Positions 60,355-64,000 of a stretch of DNA of 64,000 nt are shown here, piece after piece. A program made the position numbers and the translations under genes. The DNA is from an uncultured delta proteobacterium (GTDB taxonomy: Bacteria > Desulfobacterota > Desulfobacteria > Desulfobacterales > Desulfosalsimonadaceae), in assembly GCA_963826785.1 (NCBI GenBank), contig CAWGYD010000001.1:192001-256000 (forward strand), in the 5' to 3' direction. Each line of letters opens with the position of its first letter. Position 1 is the stretch's first letter. The notes beneath the pieces were generated by a model. It made no database searches. It had not been told where the DNA came from and worked only from the letters and a program-made list of their open reading frames with translations.

Positions 60355-62883
60355 CTATTCGCCTTCTATGAGGGTGTAGCGGGTGGCGGGCCCGCTGCCT
60401 TCTTTCCGCAGCACGCCTTTTTTCACCAGGTCCTGCAAATCATATATGGCGGTGCGTGCGGATATGTTCTCGCCCACCCGGGCCTGGTATTCATTGCGGG
60501 TAATCGTCTTTTTGTCCAGAATGTGCGCATACGCCTTCTGCTGGCGGCTGTTCATGGGGATGTCCGCAGGTGCAGAAGCGGGTACTTCCGGGCTGCTTTC
60601 CGGGTATGGCGAAGCGCAATCATCTTCAGTGGATTGAAAAGCCGCATTTTCACCGGCGGCCTGGATCTCTTCCCCGATGAACTGCGATTTTGAATAGCCT
60701 GCGGATTCGCCTTCGAGCAGCACATCACCGGCCTGGATAATGTGAGACTCCGCCATGACCACCGCCCGGGTAATGCAGTTCATCAGTTCCCGGATATTTC
60801 CCGGCCAGTCATACTGTTTCATCTTTTCCAGGGCACCCTTGCTGATGCCCAGGTCCTCCCGGCCGGTGGAATGCTGCAATTGCGTCAGGTAATGATTGAT
60901 CAGCACGGGGATGTTTTCCCTGTGCGCCCGCAGGGGCGGCGTAAAAACCGTAATCACTTTGAGCCGGAAATACAGGTCCGACCTGAATTGCCGGCTGTCG
61001 ATGAGCTGGCGAAGGTCCACATTGGTGGCGCAGATGAGCCTTACGTCCACGCCGTATTCTTTATCCGTCCCCAGGGGCTTTACCTTTCGCATGGCCACCG
61101 CCCGCAGCAGGGCCTGCTGAACGGTAAGGGAAGCCGTCTGGATCTCATCCAGAAAAAGCGTCCCGTGGTCCGCCATCAAAAAGGCGCCTTTCCGGTCTGC
61201 CTTGGCCTCGGTAAAGGCCCCTTTCACATGGCCGAACAGGCTGTCCAGCAGCAGGTTTTCCGCAAGTTCCCCGCAATTGATGGAGATAAACGGCCCTTCC
61301 CCCCGCCCGCTGTGCGCATGAATCGCTTCTGCCGCCAGCTGCTTGCCGGTGCCGGTCTCTCCCATGATCAATACGTCGGCATCGACGCCGGCGGCTTTTA
61401 GAATATCCGATTTAAACCGGTCGATTCTGGGCCCATACCCGATGATTTCGGGCAGGGTGTCGATTGCGGCCGAGGGGGGGCTGCTGTTGAGCCCCGGCTG
61501 AATATCAATCCGCTCTTTGGATTCAACATCCTGTATTTTTAGATCTTTTCTCCTGATTTCAGCAATCTGTGAATTGAGGATCTTCATCATATTGTTGATG
61601 GCATGCTGAAGCAGATTGACCTCGTAAACCGATGTGCGGATATCGATGGGGGCCAGTTTCCGGTTTCTGTGAATGCTGTCCACCGCATCCGTGAGTTTGT
61701 AAATCGGTTGAGTGACCACACGGGAGAAGACGAAGATGATCAAAGATACCGCCAGTATGGTGATAATGGACAGAATCAGCATGATATCCAAATGTCTGTA
61801 TCCGGCGGCCAGGGTAAACCGGGTTCGATCGATATAGGCGACCCCTGCAATGATCCGGCCCTGGAAACTGACCGGTGAATAGGCCAGAAAATAGTTTTTG
61901 ACCTCCGAACCTGTCTGCGATTTCCCCGCCAGTTCGATAGCGTTGAATTTTCCCTCTTTGGTATCGCTTATCATCTTCCAGAATGCCTGAAACTGGGAAC
62001 CGGGCCGAAAGGCGGCCGGGTGTCCCGGCTTTCCCAGGGTGCCGTCGGCATAATCCATTCTGGCCAGATCGGTGGTGAAATCCAGATTTTTTTCCCCGGG
62101 GTCCTCGGATTGAAACAAAATCCAGCCATCCAGGTCATAAAAATAGGCCAGCCGTACTTCCGGGGTGCGCGCAAACGCCCACAACGGGGACTGGGGGGAG
62201 TCATACAGGGACAGGATATTGCGCAGCACCCGGGTATCGACGGACATCAGCAGGAAACCGGAGCGCTCCCCCGATTGGGACGTGCAGGGGGTCCCGAAAT
62301 ATATCACATGTGAACGGATTTTCTGATTCGGGTTTGAAGATATGGGAAAGGGATATTCCACCTCCACGATGTCTGAAATCCAGATTTCCCCCGGTTTTAG
62401 TCGCGCAAGCGGCTCCAGATACAATCCGGGATCGGGATTGACTTCCGGAATCATTGAGGATTCCAGTTCGACAATCTGTTTTTCACCGGCGACGAAATAG
62501 GTATGGTTTTTGTCTTTTTGCGAGATAAAGCCGATTTCGCGAAAATCGATCCCCTCCAGGCGGATAAAATCGGCAAAGTTCTGCCGCAGCTTTGCGCTAT
62601 TTGAATAATTTTGCGCAATAAAAAGCAGGTCCTGTCCGGTCCTTGCAAGAGCCGCCTCGATTTCATGCGCCATGGCTCTTGCCTGAAGCCGCGCGCTCCT
62701 TTCCAGGGCCTGGGTCAAAAATTTTGAAGAGGTGAGGTAGGTAATATAGCCCGTGATGAGCAGAATCAGGATCACCGACGGAATCAGGGTGAAGAGCAGT
62801 TTCGTCCGGAGACTCAACCCGTTCCCGTTTTTGGGCGGGAGGATGAATTCACCTTCTGTAAATTTATCGAAGATTGTCATCAT
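60355..62883 (-). CDS. membrane-anchored sigma54-dependent activator (periplasmic sensor + HAMP + AAA+ + winged HTH)
   Basis: Two TMs flanking a large domain; HAMP VTQPIYKL; GETGTGKQ, GAFTEA, LFLDEI, FRSDLYFRL, WPGNIREL; SARTAIYDLQDLVKKG. Confidence 0.92.
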   Translation of the reverse strand: MMTIFDKFTEGEFILPPKNGNGLSLRTKLLFTLIPSVILILLITGYITYLTSSKFLTQALERSARLQARAMAHEIEAALARTGQDLLFIAQNYSNSAKLRQNFADFIRLEGIDFREIGFISQKDKNHTYFVAGEKQIVELESSMIPEVNPDPGLYLEPLARLKPGEIWISDIVEVEYPFPISSNPNQKIRSHVIYFGTPCTSQSGERSGFLLMSVDTRVLRNILSLYDSPQSPLWAFARTPEVRLAYFYDLDGWILFQSEDPGEKNLDFTTDLARMDYADGTLGKPGHPAAFRPGSQFQAFWKMISDTKEGKFNAIELAGKSQTGSEVKNYFLAYSPVSFQGRIIAGVAYIDRTRFTLAAGYRHLDIMLILSIITILAVSLIIFVFSRVVTQPIYKLTDAVDSIHRNRKLAPIDIRTSVYEVNLLQHAINNMMKILNSQIAEIRRKDLKIQDVESKERIDIQPGLNSSPPSAAIDTLPEIIGYGPRIDRFKSDILKAAGVDADVLIMGETGTGKQLAAEAIHAHSGRGEGPFISINCGELAENLLLDSLFGHVKGAFTEAKADRKGAFLMADHGTLFLDEIQTASLTVQQALLRAVAMRKVKPLGTDKEYGVDVRLICATNVDLRQLIDSRQFRSDLYFRLKVITVFTPPLRAHRENIPVLINHYLTQLQHSTGREDLGISKGALEKMKQYDWPGNIRELMNCITRAVVMAESHIIQAGDVLLEGESAGYSKSQFIGEEIQAAGENAAFQSTEDDCASPYPESSPEVPASAPADIPMNSRQQKAYAHILDKKTITRNEYQARVGENISARTAIYDLQDLVKKGVLRKEGSGPATRYTLIEGE

Positions 62884-62972
62884 TCCAACTTGTATATCAA
62901 TGAATTCGGGTGGGTTGAAATGTCATCGCGCAATAATTGTAAGCCGTTGCGCAAAAGAGTCAATACTTTTGT

Positions 62973-62988
62973 TGGCACAGGAGCTGCA
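62973..62988 (+). promoter_or_regulatory. sigma54 (-24/-12) promoter
   Basis: TGGCACAGGAGCTGCA; exact GG-N10-GC; 80 nt upstream of next ATG; divergent from a sigma54 activator. Confidence 0.85.
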
Positions 62989-63067
62989 TTTCAGAAAGCG
63001 CAACCGGAAAGTCGGACCAGGGGAAATCAAAATAAAATCAAACGATGTGAGAAAAAGGAGGCGCAAC

Positions 63068-63379
63068 ATGAAACAGGTAAAGACGTGGGTTATCATCGGC
63101 GTGCTGCTCGGCTTCGTCCTGCCGGGCATTGCGGCAGCCGGCGGCGGGGCGGCCACCGAACTGGTGGTGGTGGCGGACACCCGGGTTATTCAGGACACCG
63201 GGCACTATCATGCGTTCATGAAATACATGGCGGACGCATACAATTCGAACATTCTGGTGTTCGCCATCTGGTGCACGGTATTGACCGCCTGCTATGGCGC
63301 ATTTCTCGGCTTTGCCATGGACTTTCTCATGTCCCGGACCGGCCTGGATTTGAAGAGCCGTAAAATCATCGAACATTAA
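63068..63379 (+). CDS. DVU0150-family small membrane protein
   Basis: ATG behind AAGGAGG; signal-like N-terminus; LVVVADTR, LGFAMDFLMSRTGLDL...EH. Confidence 0.8.
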   Translation: MKQVKTWVIIGVLLGFVLPGIAAAGGGAATELVVVADTRVIQDTGHYHAFMKYMADAYNSNILVFAIWCTVLTACYGAFLGFAMDFLMSRTGLDLKSRKIIEH

Positions 63380-63423
63380 GCCATCATTTTATGTAATCGA
63401 TTCTTAAAAAGGAGGATGTTCAT

Positions 63424-64000
63424 ATGGAATGGTTATTCATGTACATGCCGATTGCCGGCATTGAGATTTTCTGGCCGGGTCTCGTGCTCATCGGGTTTGC
63501 CGTAGGGACCATCGGCGGTTTCTTCGGAATGGGCGGGGCTTGGATGGTGACGCCGGGGCTGAATATCCTGGGATTTCCCATGGCTTTTGCCATCGGGACG
63601 GACATGGCCCATATTGCCGGCAAATCGATGATTTCGACCATGCGGCATTCCAAATTTGGAAATGTCGACTACAAACTGGGGCTGGTGATGGTGGTGGGAA
63701 CCATGGCCGGCATCGAAATCGGCGCCCAACTGGTCATGTACCTTGAAAAGCTGGGCAATGTTGGTTCGGTGGTGCGGTGGGTGTATGTTTGCCTGCTGGC
63801 GCTGATCTCCAGCCTGGTATTTTATGATTATTACAAGGCCACCCGGAAAAAGAAGAAGGGGGATGTGGGGGAGCACGGCGCCGAAGGGATTACCTGGTAC
63901 AAGGCCCTTCATAAAATAAAGATTCCGCCCATGGTCTATTTCAAAACCGCCGGTTTCACCGTTTCCGTGTGGCTGCCCATGTTTGTCAGTTTCATCACCG
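63424..64000 (+). CDS. TauE/SafE (TSUP) family membrane transporter, 3'-truncated by window (not in supplied ORF track)
   Basis: ATG behind AAGGAGG; MEWLFMYMPIAG...GTIGGFFGMGGAWMVTPGL...AIGTD...RHSKFGNVD. Confidence 0.9.
   Translation, partial: MEWLFMYMPIAGIEIFWPGLVLIGFAVGTIGGFFGMGGAWMVTPGLNILGFPMAFAIGTDMAHIAGKSMISTMRHSKFGNVDYKLGLVMVVGTMAGIEIGAQLVMYLEKLGNVGSVVRWVYVCLLALISSLVFYDYYKATRKKKKGDVGEHGAEGITWYKALHKIKIPPMVYFKTAGFTVSVWLPMFVSFIT

Noticed and set aside
43673..64000. Genomic island integrated at tRNA-Ala
   Set aside because: No integrase or transposase, and no duplicate of the tRNA 3' end found by eye within the window

Overview
Chromosomal window from a moderately GC-rich bacterium, most likely a sulfate-reducing member of Desulfobacterota (Desulfobacterales-like). 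This is inferred from qrcABCD, System II cytochrome c maturation genes and a DVU0150-family/TSUP/sigma54 cluster. 1-18.2 kb is the core rpoC-str-S10-spc-alpha superoperon; it lacks fusA and adk/map, has a ~120-nt hairpin between rpsC and rplP, and has a structured rpsD-rpoA spacer. 18.2-30.1 kb (minus strand) holds resB-ccsB, qrcABCD plus an unannotated 55-aa membrane ORF, murA and comEC. 30.5-43.8 kb holds envelope and housekeeping genes (LpoB-like and COG3014 lipoproteins, large MscS, DUF362, M16 peptidase, PiT + DUF47, zinc-ribbon protein, PpiD/SurA, tRNA-Ala-GGC). 43.8-57 kb is accessory (polyprenol-kinase-like protein, YhaO/YhaN nuclease-ATPase pair, acyl-CoA ligase, thioesterase, CPA2 antiporter, crotonase, M50-CBS protease, ExoD, DUF421). 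57.3-64 kb is the best candidate for a poorly understood system: a stand-alone receiver protein, a PEP-synthase-like His-swivel dikinase with a non-canonical C-terminal domain (split by a +1 frameshift near a T8 run), a membrane-bound HAMP/sigma54 activator with GAFTEA and a winged-helix tail, and a sigma54 promoter driving DVU0150-family and TauE/SafE genes. No integrase, transposase or CRISPR array was seen. All family calls come from motifs recognised by eye; no database search was run.
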